A stretch of DNA of 48,364 nt from Bdellovibrionota bacterium (GTDB lineage: Bacteria > Bdellovibrionota_C > UBA2361 > OMIW01), in assembly GCA_044345055.1 (NCBI GenBank), contig JBIJBT010000010.1, positions 1 through 48,364 on the forward strand. The letters are read 5' to 3'. Below, piece by piece: positions 38,383 through 47,594 of the stretch; position 1 is the stretch's first letter, and every line of letters begins with the position of its first letter. The notes beneath the pieces were generated by a model, which was not told the DNA's origin, did not search any database, and saw nothing but the letters and a program-made list of their open reading frames with translations. The translations under genes were made by a program, and so were the position numbers.

Positions 38383-38695
38383 ACTAAAGGCCTCAATGAG
38401 ACTACATGACGATATGTCGATACACTAACGATTGGCTTTCCGAATACTGAGGCCTAAAAACTCGACTGGCGTTATCTGAACGGACGAGTTCACCGAGCAG
38501 CAGTAAACTATCTTCACTATACACATCTTGACAGATATCTTCAACTGCGATTAGGGGAGGGGATGGGTAGCGACCTTTTCAAGTTTTGCCTATACTCCGA
38601 AAAAACCACGTAGTTACGAGGCTGCTTGAGGGTCGTGCCCTCCCGCTCGAACATAAATAAGACCATTTCTGCTTCATCAAAAAGAAGGCAATTCA

Positions 38696-39877
38696 ATGAG
38701 TTATCAGAATAATTCCTCCTCCGCTGCCAGCGAGCTCTATCAAAAGGAGTCATCAAGTTTGGAGACTGTGCCATCGCAATCCGCAGAATCGGCCCGGACC
38801 GAATCTTTCACTCCCTACCATGAGATTGAGGCTCTGGCTCGCCAAGGGATCGACCTTCTCGGTGAAGCCTTCATGGATGGTCGATGGTCTACGCCACATC
38901 TCGATGAAACGATGGCGACTGTTTTTTCAACATCAGTGGTTCCCGGAACTGAACTGCCTCTAAAGCAGAAACTTGCAAGGCACGCGAGGCTCCTTCGCTA
39001 TCTAGCCGTTGCCCGTCTTTCGAATCTTCAAGCTGGTTCACGTAGTCTTCATGTTGCTCATCGTCACTACGATCTTGGAAACGATCTTTTCGAGGCGATG
39101 CTCGATCGCTCAATGACATATACAAGTGGTTTATGGCGAGGAGCTAAAAACCTAGAAGAGGCACAACGTGCAAAGCTTGAACTACTCTGCCAAAAGCTCG
39201 AACTTAAACCTGGCATGACGGTGCTTGATATTGGTTGCGGATGGGGGAATTTTGCTGAATATGCCGCGAGAGAATATGGAGTTTTAGTTACGGGTGTAAC
39301 GATATCGCGAGAGCAGGCGGGCTATGCGCGTAAGCGGTGCGCGGATCTTCCAGTAACTATACTTGAGAAAGATTATAAAACGCTCTCTCCTTCTACCACA
39401 GGAACTTTTGATCGAGTTGTTTCGATTGAAATGATTGAGGCAGTGGGTCGAAAAAATCTCGGAACATTTTTTAGCATCGTCCATCGGTCGTTGAAGCCAG
39501 ATGGGATCTTTGCGCTTCAGGCGATTTCAGCAGAGACAGTTACTCGTTATTCTTCTGCGCGTCTTAATGAATTTTTGCTCTGGATTTTGAGATACATTTT
39601 TCCAAATGGTTACCTGCCGACTTTGCCAGAGCTTGTTACACCTGCACGATCTCTGTTCGTGCTTGAGAATCTCGATAATCTCGGAAATAGCTACGAGAAA
39701 ACCCTTCTTGCGTGGGAGAAAAATATCGGCGAAAAGTGGCCAGAATTATCGAATCGATATGACGAGCGGTTTCAGAAGATGTGGCGATTTTATCTTCTCA
39801 CCTGCGCTGCGCTCTTTCGCATTCGAATGACTAATGTGTACCAGATAGTTTATCGAAAGAGCGCACTTGAGGGATAA
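38696..39877 (+). CDS. cfa: Cyclopropane-fatty-acyl-phospholipid synthase family SAM methyltransferase
   Basis: LGEAFMDG, HYDLGNDLF, LDIGCGWG, SIEMIEAVG, YIFPNGYLP, MWRFYL; exact product (cyclopropane or methyl branch) uncertain. Confidence 0.85.
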   Translation: MSYQNNSSSAASELYQKESSSLETVPSQSAESARTESFTPYHEIEALARQGIDLLGEAFMDGRWSTPHLDETMATVFSTSVVPGTELPLKQKLARHARLLRYLAVARLSNLQAGSRSLHVAHRHYDLGNDLFEAMLDRSMTYTSGLWRGAKNLEEAQRAKLELLCQKLELKPGMTVLDIGCGWGNFAEYAAREYGVLVTGVTISREQAGYARKRCADLPVTILEKDYKTLSPSTTGTFDRVVSIEMIEAVGRKNLGTFFSIVHRSLKPDGIFALQAISAETVTRYSSARLNEFLLWILRYIFPNGYLPTLPELVTPARSLFVLENLDNLGNSYEKTLLAWEKNIGEKWPELSNRYDERFQKMWRFYLLTCAALFRIRMTNVYQIVYRKSALEG

Positions 39878-39890
39878 AAGAGCGTTTAGT

Positions 39891-41198
39891 TCAAAGCTCT
39901 CGCAGCATCTCCTGTGCAATAGACCTTCCGTATTGCACAGCATAATTGGTGCCTCGATCTTCTGGATATATCTGAGCCATCGTTGATAGCCATACTCCCG
40001 CAACGGGGGTACGGCTCGCGGGTATTAATGAAGAATAGTGCTTAACTACAACTGGCTGGCTGTACGAGGCTCTCCACACCGAATATCCAATAATCCAGTC
40101 GGGAGAAAACGCAGGAAATAGTCGTTGAAGGTGGGGAATTGTGTACTGGAGAAGTTCCTCATCATTCATCAAAAAAAGTTGATCTTTCGTTGGTAAGTAT
40201 TTGGAAAGATAGGCGATATGCTCTCCTCCATAATTGGCGGAATCATCAAAATTTGTGTGTTCGATAACTCCAACAAATGGAAAGGCAGGATCGGCAACAT
40301 TAAGCCAATAGGTCGATGAAAGGCTGCGCCGCAGTCGCAAAACAAGACAAACGTTGCCAAGGAACGGAATCTTCTTGCACGTTTCTCGATAATGGTCGGG
40401 GAGCTGTGGAGTGATATCGAGAAATGTCGGAAGAGGAGTTGTTACTAAAACTGCATCGTAGTGAGATTTATTTTCGCCTGAATAAAGGGCGATTCCGCCC
40501 TCTTCGGGTCGTTCAATCTTCGTGATAGGTGTTGAGCAGTTAATAGTGACATTGAGGCTACGAAGGGTCGCTTCGATTCTGCCTAATGCCGCCCGAAAAC
40601 CTCCGCGCAAATAATAGAGGGTTTCTTTTGCACCTTTACCGCGGCTTCCTCCACGTAGTTTCATTTTATTCCAAAACCAAACCGCTGCGACGTCGCGCCA
40701 TACCGCACCAAACTTTCCCTGTAGAAGGGGTTGCCATATCACTTCAAAGCTACGTCGCCCGGCTAATCGCCGAATCCATTCCTCGGCGCTCTGAGATTCT
40801 AATTCGCGCCAATCTTTGACTCGTCGCGCCGCAAGTACCATCAATCCTGTTCGGATCCGATCGATAAAGGGAAGAGGGGAGAACGAAAGGAGATCAAACG
40901 GGCTCGAAAGTCGAAATAGTGAGTTAGCGTAGTAAAGGCCGGTATTAGATTCTTTTTCCTGAATAAGATCGCCAGCTCCTATTTCGCGCAACCAATCCAT
41001 AATCGCGCGATCGCTGGAAAACCAGTGATGATAAAACTTCTCAAGCCATACCCCGGGCGAAAGCTCAAAGCTCCCTGCAAGGCCTCCGAGCGATGATTCA
41101 GATTCAAATATAGTGACCTCTGCGCCACCTTTGGCCAGATCGTACGCTGCTGCAAGGGCTCCGTAACCACCACCGACAATCGCAACCTTTTTCTTCAT
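39891..41198 (-). CDS. NAD(P)/FAD-dependent oxidoreductase (protoporphyrinogen/amine oxidase-like)
   Basis: VAIVGGGYGALAAA, LGGLAGSF, EKFYHHWF, IYPEDRGTNY; overlaps the upstream glycosyltransferase by 4 nt. Confidence 0.85.
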   Translation of the reverse strand: MKKKVAIVGGGYGALAAAYDLAKGGAEVTIFESESSLGGLAGSFELSPGVWLEKFYHHWFSSDRAIMDWLREIGAGDLIQEKESNTGLYYANSLFRLSSPFDLLSFSPLPFIDRIRTGLMVLAARRVKDWRELESQSAEEWIRRLAGRRSFEVIWQPLLQGKFGAVWRDVAAVWFWNKMKLRGGSRGKGAKETLYYLRGGFRAALGRIEATLRSLNVTINCSTPITKIERPEEGGIALYSGENKSHYDAVLVTTPLPTFLDITPQLPDHYRETCKKIPFLGNVCLVLRLRRSLSSTYWLNVADPAFPFVGVIEHTNFDDSANYGGEHIAYLSKYLPTKDQLFLMNDEELLQYTIPHLQRLFPAFSPDWIIGYSVWRASYSQPVVVKHYSSLIPASRTPVAGVWLSTMAQIYPEDRGTNYAVQYGRSIAQEMLREL

Positions 41199-42151
41199 AT
41201 TTCCTCTCTGTGATGAGTAACTAGCTCATCATCAACAATATAGAGTGGTCGATTTTGGCCCTGCTCAAATATGCGACCGATATACTCCCCGACGATACCT
41301 AGCACAACAAGCTGAACACCACCGAGAAGTAAAATTGAAGCCATTATCGAGGTATAACCGGGGAAATTGATACCACATAATTTGAGAATAACAACTACTA
41401 CGATATAAATAAATGCAAAGCCAGATACCGCGAGTCCCAGATAAGAGGCGAGTCGCAACGGTTGTGTAGAAAATGAAGTGATGGCATCGAACGCGAGCTT
41501 TAGTGATTTACGGAATGGGTATTTTGTTTCGCCTGCAAATCGCTGAGGGCGATCATAAACCAGAGGTGCCTGTCGATATCCAATCCACGATACCATCCCA
41601 CGAACAAATCGATGCCGCTCGCGCATCTCAAGCAAAGTTTTAAGCGCTCGCCGACTTATGAGACGAAAATCGCCCGTATCTGCTGGTATAGAAACGCCAG
41701 CAACGCGGCTTAGGAAGCGATAAAAAGCATAGGCAAAAAAACGTTTAGCGGGCGATTCTCCTTCGCGGCGACGACGCACGCCGTATACGACATCGTATCC
41801 CTCTCTCATTTTTTCAAGCATCGGCATCAGGAGTTCGGGAGGATCTTGAAGATCTGCATCAATAATCATCACCACATCGCCATGACTGCGATCGAGTCCA
41901 CAGGTAAGAGCGAGTTGATGTCCGAAATTGCGGGAGAGCTTTACTGCGCGAATTCGTTTGTCACGCTCGGTTAGAGACTGCAGCATTGGCCAGGTTTTAT
42001 CCCGGCTACCGTCATCGACGAGGATAATCTCGACTGTTGGTATCCCGCATCGAGTGACCACTTCACAGAGTCGCCGATAGAGCTCTTCGAGTACTTCTTC
42101 CTCGTTGTAACATGGGCATACGATTGAGAGGATTTTTGGTTCGGGAATCAT
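41195..42151 (-). CDS. GT2 polyprenyl-phosphate glycosyltransferase (GtrB/ArnC-like)
   Basis: PCYNEE, VDDGSRD, LSRNFGHQ, IDADLQDPPE, GDFRL, two C-terminal TMs, GEYIGRIF. Confidence 0.92.
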   Translation of the reverse strand: MIPEPKILSIVCPCYNEEEVLEELYRRLCEVVTRCGIPTVEIILVDDGSRDKTWPMLQSLTERDKRIRAVKLSRNFGHQLALTCGLDRSHGDVVMIIDADLQDPPELLMPMLEKMREGYDVVYGVRRRREGESPAKRFFAYAFYRFLSRVAGVSIPADTGDFRLISRRALKTLLEMRERHRFVRGMVSWIGYRQAPLVYDRPQRFAGETKYPFRKSLKLAFDAITSFSTQPLRLASYLGLAVSGFAFIYIVVVVILKLCGINFPGYTSIMASILLLGGVQLVVLGIVGEYIGRIFEQGQNRPLYIVDDELVTHHREEI

Positions 42152-42234
42152 GTGCAGAATAGCGAATATAAGGGGAACACTCTCCGATCCATATTTGGAG
42201 TCGAAGAGTGAAGATGGATAGTTCGGATTTTATA

Positions 42235-43800
42235 TTATCGGTTTGCTCCTAAAATAAGGCTCGCTGTATCAGCCGTTCCGTTGCGATTCCCAGCTTCATC
42301 GATGACCTGGAGGGTAATAGATATCCGCTGCCGAATTCGGCGATTCACGGAGAACGCACCGTACCAAATTCTGGAGGAAATAAGACGGGTTGGAACATGC
42401 ATCGATCCGATGATTGCCCTTCCACTCCTCGTGGAAGATCGGTCAACTAAAGCTGTTACACGTTTTATATTTCCGCTGTCATCATCAGCTGATGAGATAA
42501 ACGAACATCTTCGTCCGCTACAAGTGAGCTGCAGAATCGATCCACTTGGTGGGGTCAGATCGGGTATCGCGGTCGGTTCTGCGCTTGGGGTGGGGGTTGG
42601 AGTAGGGGTAGGGGTTTGAGTTGGAGTAGGTCGCAGAATCCCAATCTCGGCAGAGTATGTTTCGATGGCGCCCCCTGAATTGCTCGCAAGAACAACGCAC
42701 CCGATTGAACTATCAGCGTCTGTGATCGTGTAGGTTGGATTTTGTTGACCGAAGATTGTTCCAAATTGATTACGCCAACGATATTCAAGCGAAGTTGGTT
42801 GATCCCCATCGTATGTTCCGAGCTGGCACGTCACGGTGTCGCCGACGGATGGAAAAGGGCCTCCGGACAAGGTGACTGTTGGAGATGTAAGCTCAATAGG
42901 TTGTGCCACCGGAAACGAAGTTGCAAAGGAAAGGTTCGCGCTAACTTCGCTATAAACACCACGGGTAAGAGATGAACCACATTCTACCCCCCAACTAACT
43001 ACTCCGACCTGAACTTTATTGCCAAGTCCATCATCAACGATAAGTGGGCCTCCCGAATCGCCGTAGCAAGCATCAACTGCGTCCGCGGCCCCAGCGCTTG
43101 ACGCTTTTTGGCCCGCACACATCATCGTTTCTCCTCTAAAATATCTGCCTAATTCGTCAGAACAGGTCTGATCTGAGGCAATTGGAACGGTTCCCTGATT
43201 GAGCTTGAATGGATATAGGTAAATACCTGAGTCGGTAAGCTTCTTGGAAGCTCCCCACCCGACCACTGTTCCTAAGGTATTTTCGGGATACAAAGCAGTC
43301 CCTGAGGCTGCGGGTAGATTCACAGGTGTTACCGAGGAAGCATTTCTTAATTTTAATATCGCTAGATCATTCTCGAGAGTGGAAGGATTATAGAGGGGAT
43401 GACGTGTAACCCCGATAACCTCTTCTGTTCCAGATAATGGGGCGAATGAGAGCTCCGCTCCCCCAATTTGAACAAGAATCTGACTAGGTCCAACCGTGCC
43501 GCCGAAAAAATTAGTAATACAGTGGGCCGCTGTCAAAACATGTCGTGGGCCTATCAATGTTCCCGCACAAAACTGCCCATCTGCTGAGGTTAAAGCTGAG
43601 CTATCTATTAGCGCTACCATAAACGGCCAAGCACCAGGAGCTGCTTGAACTCCACCTATCACTCGGGAAGTTATGCGGCTATCTGCCTTGGCGCTAGAAA
43701 AGTGCGAAAATACCGATATGCAGAGAGATAGGCTTACTATTAATGATTTTCGAAGTTGTAGCTCTAATCTTCCGCTTTTTAGTTTTTTATTATTCATCAT
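42235..43800 (-). CDS. Secreted trypsin-like serine protease (S1A) with Ig-like domain and Pro/Thr linker
   Basis: R|VIGG activation site, LTAAHC, NDLAILKL, DACYGDSGGP, VVSWG; (TP)n linker; start taken at MMNNKK to avoid overlap with hppD. Confidence 0.9.
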   Translation of the reverse strand: MMNNKKLKSGRLELQLRKSLIVSLSLCISVFSHFSSAKADSRITSRVIGGVQAAPGAWPFMVALIDSSALTSADGQFCAGTLIGPRHVLTAAHCITNFFGGTVGPSQILVQIGGAELSFAPLSGTEEVIGVTRHPLYNPSTLENDLAILKLRNASSVTPVNLPAASGTALYPENTLGTVVGWGASKKLTDSGIYLYPFKLNQGTVPIASDQTCSDELGRYFRGETMMCAGQKASSAGAADAVDACYGDSGGPLIVDDGLGNKVQVGVVSWGVECGSSLTRGVYSEVSANLSFATSFPVAQPIELTSPTVTLSGGPFPSVGDTVTCQLGTYDGDQPTSLEYRWRNQFGTIFGQQNPTYTITDADSSIGCVVLASNSGGAIETYSAEIGILRPTPTQTPTPTPTPTPSAEPTAIPDLTPPSGSILQLTCSGRRCSFISSADDDSGNIKRVTALVDRSSTRSGRAIIGSMHVPTRLISSRIWYGAFSVNRRIRQRISITLQVIDEAGNRNGTADTASLILGANR

Positions 43801-43828
43801 AGTTTTCTTGCTCAACACCGCGACATTT

Positions 43829-44998
43829 CTACAAATTGCCCCGAGCGTTTTGCTCTCGCTCAATTGCCTCAAAAAGTGCTTTAAAGTTTCCCTTTCCGAA
43901 CCCCTTGGAGCCTTCCCTTTGGATAATCTCGAAGAAAATAGTAGGGCGATCATGGAGAGTTTTGGTGAATATCTGGAGAAGATATCCCTCATCATCACGA
44001 TCTACGAGAATGCCCAAGCTAGCAATTTGTTTCAGATCTTCCTTTATTGATCCAACTCGCTCAGGAACCTCGTCATAGTAAGTCGCAGGAACTCGAAGAA
44101 ATCGCACCCCACGCTCTCGCAGTCGCTCAACACAGCCGAGAATATCATCAGTTTGAAATGCAATATGTTGGACTCCTGGACCACCGTTGTAATCAAGATA
44201 CTCCTCTATTTGTGATTTGCGACGGCCATGCGCAGGCTCATTGATGGGCATTTTGATTTTACCTTGACCACCCCACATCACCTTTGACATGAGCGCCGAG
44301 TACTCAGTAGAGATATCAGAATCAGTAAAGTGCGTTAACTGCGAAAAGCCTAGAACCTTTTCATAAAAATGGACCCACTCTTCCATTTTACCTAGTTCAA
44401 CATTACCGACAACATGATCGATCCTGCGAATACCTGCTTCGGCGACATCTTTGACATTAGGAAAAACATCCGAAAAAGCGACAAATCCGGGCCAAAAAGA
44501 GCCTTTATACGATGAACGTTCAACAAAAGAATGAATGGTGTCACCGTATGTGTGAATTGCCGCTCGCTTTACACTCCCGTTTTCATCTGACCAGATGGTG
44601 GGAGCCTCTGCGCTTAGAGCACCTCGAGCAATCGCGGCGTAGTACGCTGCCTCACAATCGGGAACCCTATAAGCAACGTCCCGAACCGCCATTCCGTGCG
44701 TTAGGACAAAGTGCGCAATAGGACTCGATGAGTGGAGGTACGAAGTGCAAACAAGAAACACTGAACCCTGTTGGAGAACATAGCTTACCGAGTCTCGACA
44801 ACCGGTCTCTGGCCCTTTATAAGCAACGGGGCGAAATCCAAAACCGTGCGAGAGCATAAAGGTGAGCTGCTTTGCTGATTCGCACCAAATCTCAATACAA
44901 TCAAAATCCTCCAGTGCTACATCCTGATTCGAAGAGTGGGGGAGAAGGTTCTGGGGAATAAGGGATTTTTGCGAAACTACCGGTCGTGGTATCGGCAT
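43829..44998 (-). CDS. hppD: 4-hydroxyphenylpyruvate dioxygenase
   Basis: IDHVVGNV, KSQIEEYL, GVQHIAF, LLQIFT, FFEIIQR, GFGKGNFKALFEAIEREQ. Confidence 0.97.
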   Translation of the reverse strand: MPIPRPVVSQKSLIPQNLLPHSSNQDVALEDFDCIEIWCESAKQLTFMLSHGFGFRPVAYKGPETGCRDSVSYVLQQGSVFLVCTSYLHSSSPIAHFVLTHGMAVRDVAYRVPDCEAAYYAAIARGALSAEAPTIWSDENGSVKRAAIHTYGDTIHSFVERSSYKGSFWPGFVAFSDVFPNVKDVAEAGIRRIDHVVGNVELGKMEEWVHFYEKVLGFSQLTHFTDSDISTEYSALMSKVMWGGQGKIKMPINEPAHGRRKSQIEEYLDYNGGPGVQHIAFQTDDILGCVERLRERGVRFLRVPATYYDEVPERVGSIKEDLKQIASLGILVDRDDEGYLLQIFTKTLHDRPTIFFEIIQREGSKGFGKGNFKALFEAIEREQNARGNL

Positions 44999-45127
44999 GA
45001 AGGAAACTCCTTTTAAAAAGCGGGTGACATTATTAAGGAGCCACCAATAATCGTATAAGGGATGGATTACCCTCGCTCCGGATATACTGAAAATTGTGAG
45101 AAGAATTGATTATTCAAAGGAACAAAG

Positions 45128-46072
45128 CTACCGATTTCGCCCAGAAATAATCAGATCTCCCTTTTTGGCATCAAGCTGAACTCGCTCTCCCAAAGGAACC
45201 GCCGCATTAAAGGGAATATGCCCTACCGGGAACCCGAGAACAACTGGAATCTTTAAGCCATACAACCGCTCGCGAAACACGCTGCGCCACGATGGTGAGA
45301 CTTGACCATCATCGGTAGAAGCGGGATCGCATCCCGAACAGATTCCTACCGCAATTCCACGAACTCCCTTTAATGCACCACTTAAAATTAAATGAGTCAG
45401 CATTCTGTCGATTCGGTAGGGCGCCTCTCCGACCTCCTCGAGCAACAATATGCCGTTACGAAGCGGTGGAAACCACGGAGTCCCGAGTAAAGTCGACAAA
45501 AGGGTAAGATTTCCGCCCCAGATACGTCCGGTTGCAGAACCTGAACGAACAATCTCGATTGTATTATTTGACTCTGTGTACTGCTCAAGAATTGAGCGTT
45601 CGCGGTGGGGCTCATGAAGAGCGGCCTCGAGGTGGTATTGTGAAAAGGGTGAAACGTTGCTGTCTGCCCTCAATGAGGCCGCCATAGGACCATGAATTGC
45701 CCAACCGCCGTGACGAGCGACTGCAAGAAGCAATGCGGTAATATCGCTAAATCCTATGAGAGGTTTTCTCGAATTGGCTATTTCTTTCGTGTCAATCTGC
45801 GTGATTATTCGCTGTGAGCCATATCCGCCGCGAACACAGATTACTCCATCAACTCCTTTCAGCCGGAAAGCCGATGCAAGATCTCGAGCTCGAACCGCAT
45901 CAGAGCCCGCTAAAAAGCCATGCCGCGCCTCGGATGCGGAGCTCCGACTAACGCGATATCCAAGTGATCGCAGATAATCTGAGGACTCTCCAACCTCTCC
46001 CTCAATCCGAGGAGGACTCGCGGGAGAGACTAAGCGAAGGTGAGCATCTCGTTTCAGGGGTGCGCCGATCAT
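45128..46072 (-). CDS. LD-carboxypeptidase (peptidase S66)
   Basis: VSPAS, RGGYG, GFSDITAL (Ser), GGNL, LEEVGEAPYRIDRML (Glu), PVGH (His). Confidence 0.92.
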   Translation of the reverse strand: MIGAPLKRDAHLRLVSPASPPRIEGEVGESSDYLRSLGYRVSRSSASEARHGFLAGSDAVRARDLASAFRLKGVDGVICVRGGYGSQRIITQIDTKEIANSRKPLIGFSDITALLLAVARHGGWAIHGPMAASLRADSNVSPFSQYHLEAALHEPHRERSILEQYTESNNTIEIVRSGSATGRIWGGNLTLLSTLLGTPWFPPLRNGILLLEEVGEAPYRIDRMLTHLILSGALKGVRGIAVGICSGCDPASTDDGQVSPSWRSVFRERLYGLKIPVVLGFPVGHIPFNAAVPLGERVQLDAKKGDLIISGRNR

Positions 46073-46112
46073 CTAATTTTCCTTAAGATTCTAGCCACGC
46101 CCTTCTTATCAC

Positions 46113-47423
46113 CTAAACCGAATCGCGCGCGAGTTCATTTAGTGTATCGTTGAGTGCTTCAATAAGATTTGTTAACACGGTGCCGCGATGGAGCGCGCTC
46201 ATGAACCACGCCTCAAATGCCGAGGGGGGCAGATACACGCCACGCTTCAACATACCTCGGAAAAACGCCGCATAGCGACGAGCATCGCTCCGCTGCGCAT
46301 CTTCATACGATTCAATCGGACCATTATGAAAAAAGATTCCGAGCATCGAGCCGATCGCAGCCGTTGTCATCGGTAATCCAAGGTCGTCAGCCCGACTCTT
46401 TGCAGCAGCTGCAATTGTTCGAGCAGCCTCGGCAGCATGAAGGAAATTTTCATCTTCACGCCATAACGACAATGTTGCTTGTCCTGCGGCCATCGCGAGC
46501 GGATTTCCTGAAAGAGTTCCTGCCTGGTAGACCGGGCCCAGAGGAGCGACCATCTCCATAATGTCCGCACGTCCGCCGTAAGCGCCAACGGGGAGACCTC
46601 CTCCGATAACCTTACCAAACATCGAGAGATCCGGTTGCACTCCAAAATGTATCTGTGCAGCCGAAGGATGGACCCTAAATCCGGTCATAACCTCATCAAA
46701 GATCAGGAGAACTCCATAATCGTTCGTCAAATCGCGAAGATTTCGTAAAAAATTCGGGTGAGGGGGGATAAATCCGGCATTTCCAAGCACCGGTTCAACG
46801 ATAACTGCAGCAATATCTGGTCCGTGAAGATCGAGACACCGCACCACAGAGGCGAGATCGTTATATCGCGCCAACAAAGTATGGGCTGTTGTATCAGCCG
46901 TCACACCCGCTGAATCGGGAAGGCCTAGCGTGGCAACGCCACTTCCTGCCTGAGCAAGAAGCGCATCGATATGTCCGTGATAGCACCCTGTAAACTTAAT
47001 TATCTTGCGCCGCCCCGTAAATGCGCGTGCAAGGCGGATGACACTCATTCCAGCCTCGGTTCCTGAATTTACGAACCGGAGCATCTCTAGGCTCGGAATA
47101 GACTCCTTTAGCATCGATCCAAGTGCCAATTCACCTTCGTGACACGCACCAAAACTAGTACCTTTTTTGGCCTGTTCTGCGATCGCTGCTGAAACGACCG
47201 GATGAGCGTGGCCCATCACAAGTGGACCCCAACTTAACACACAATCGATATAACGATTTCCCTCAACATCAAAAAGATAGGGCCCTTCACCTCTAGCGAC
47301 AAAAAATGGCTCTCCGCCGACGCTACGAAATGCTCTGACGGGAGAGTTCACACCGCCCGGAAAGATCTCCTTTGCACGATTAAAAAGCTCTTGAGAGCTA
47401 ACTCTTTCACCGTTATTCACCAC
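46113..47423 (-). CDS. hemL: Glutamate-1-semialdehyde 2,1-aminomutase
   Basis: PGGVNSPVRAF, NSGTEA, GCYHGH, FDEVMTGFR, GKVIGGG, YQAGTLSGNP. Confidence 0.97.
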   Translation of the reverse strand: MVNNGERVSSQELFNRAKEIFPGGVNSPVRAFRSVGGEPFFVARGEGPYLFDVEGNRYIDCVLSWGPLVMGHAHPVVSAAIAEQAKKGTSFGACHEGELALGSMLKESIPSLEMLRFVNSGTEAGMSVIRLARAFTGRRKIIKFTGCYHGHIDALLAQAGSGVATLGLPDSAGVTADTTAHTLLARYNDLASVVRCLDLHGPDIAAVIVEPVLGNAGFIPPHPNFLRNLRDLTNDYGVLLIFDEVMTGFRVHPSAAQIHFGVQPDLSMFGKVIGGGLPVGAYGGRADIMEMVAPLGPVYQAGTLSGNPLAMAAGQATLSLWREDENFLHAAEAARTIAAAAKSRADDLGLPMTTAAIGSMLGIFFHNGPIESYEDAQRSDARRYAAFFRGMLKRGVYLPPSAFEAWFMSALHRGTVLTNLIEALNDTLNELARDSV

Positions 47424-47594
47424 AACTACCTCCTCACTACAATCAAAACTGCAAATCTAAAATAGATCTCCAAACTACATAGCGCCTCGTAAAGAGACAT
47501 CTGGACCTTTTTTTGTTTTTCAATCTCTTTGAACGTCAACTTCAGTCAGCTTTAAAAATGGAAAAATACCTCTTAGGTTTTCACCGTAATCGGC

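Noticed and set aside
43801..43998. N-terminal extensions in the ORF track (protease into hppD; also panD, groES, prfA, prmC, DUF58, pssA)
   Set aside because: They extend beyond the family N-terminus and in most cases overlap a neighbouring gene; downstream starts fit better.
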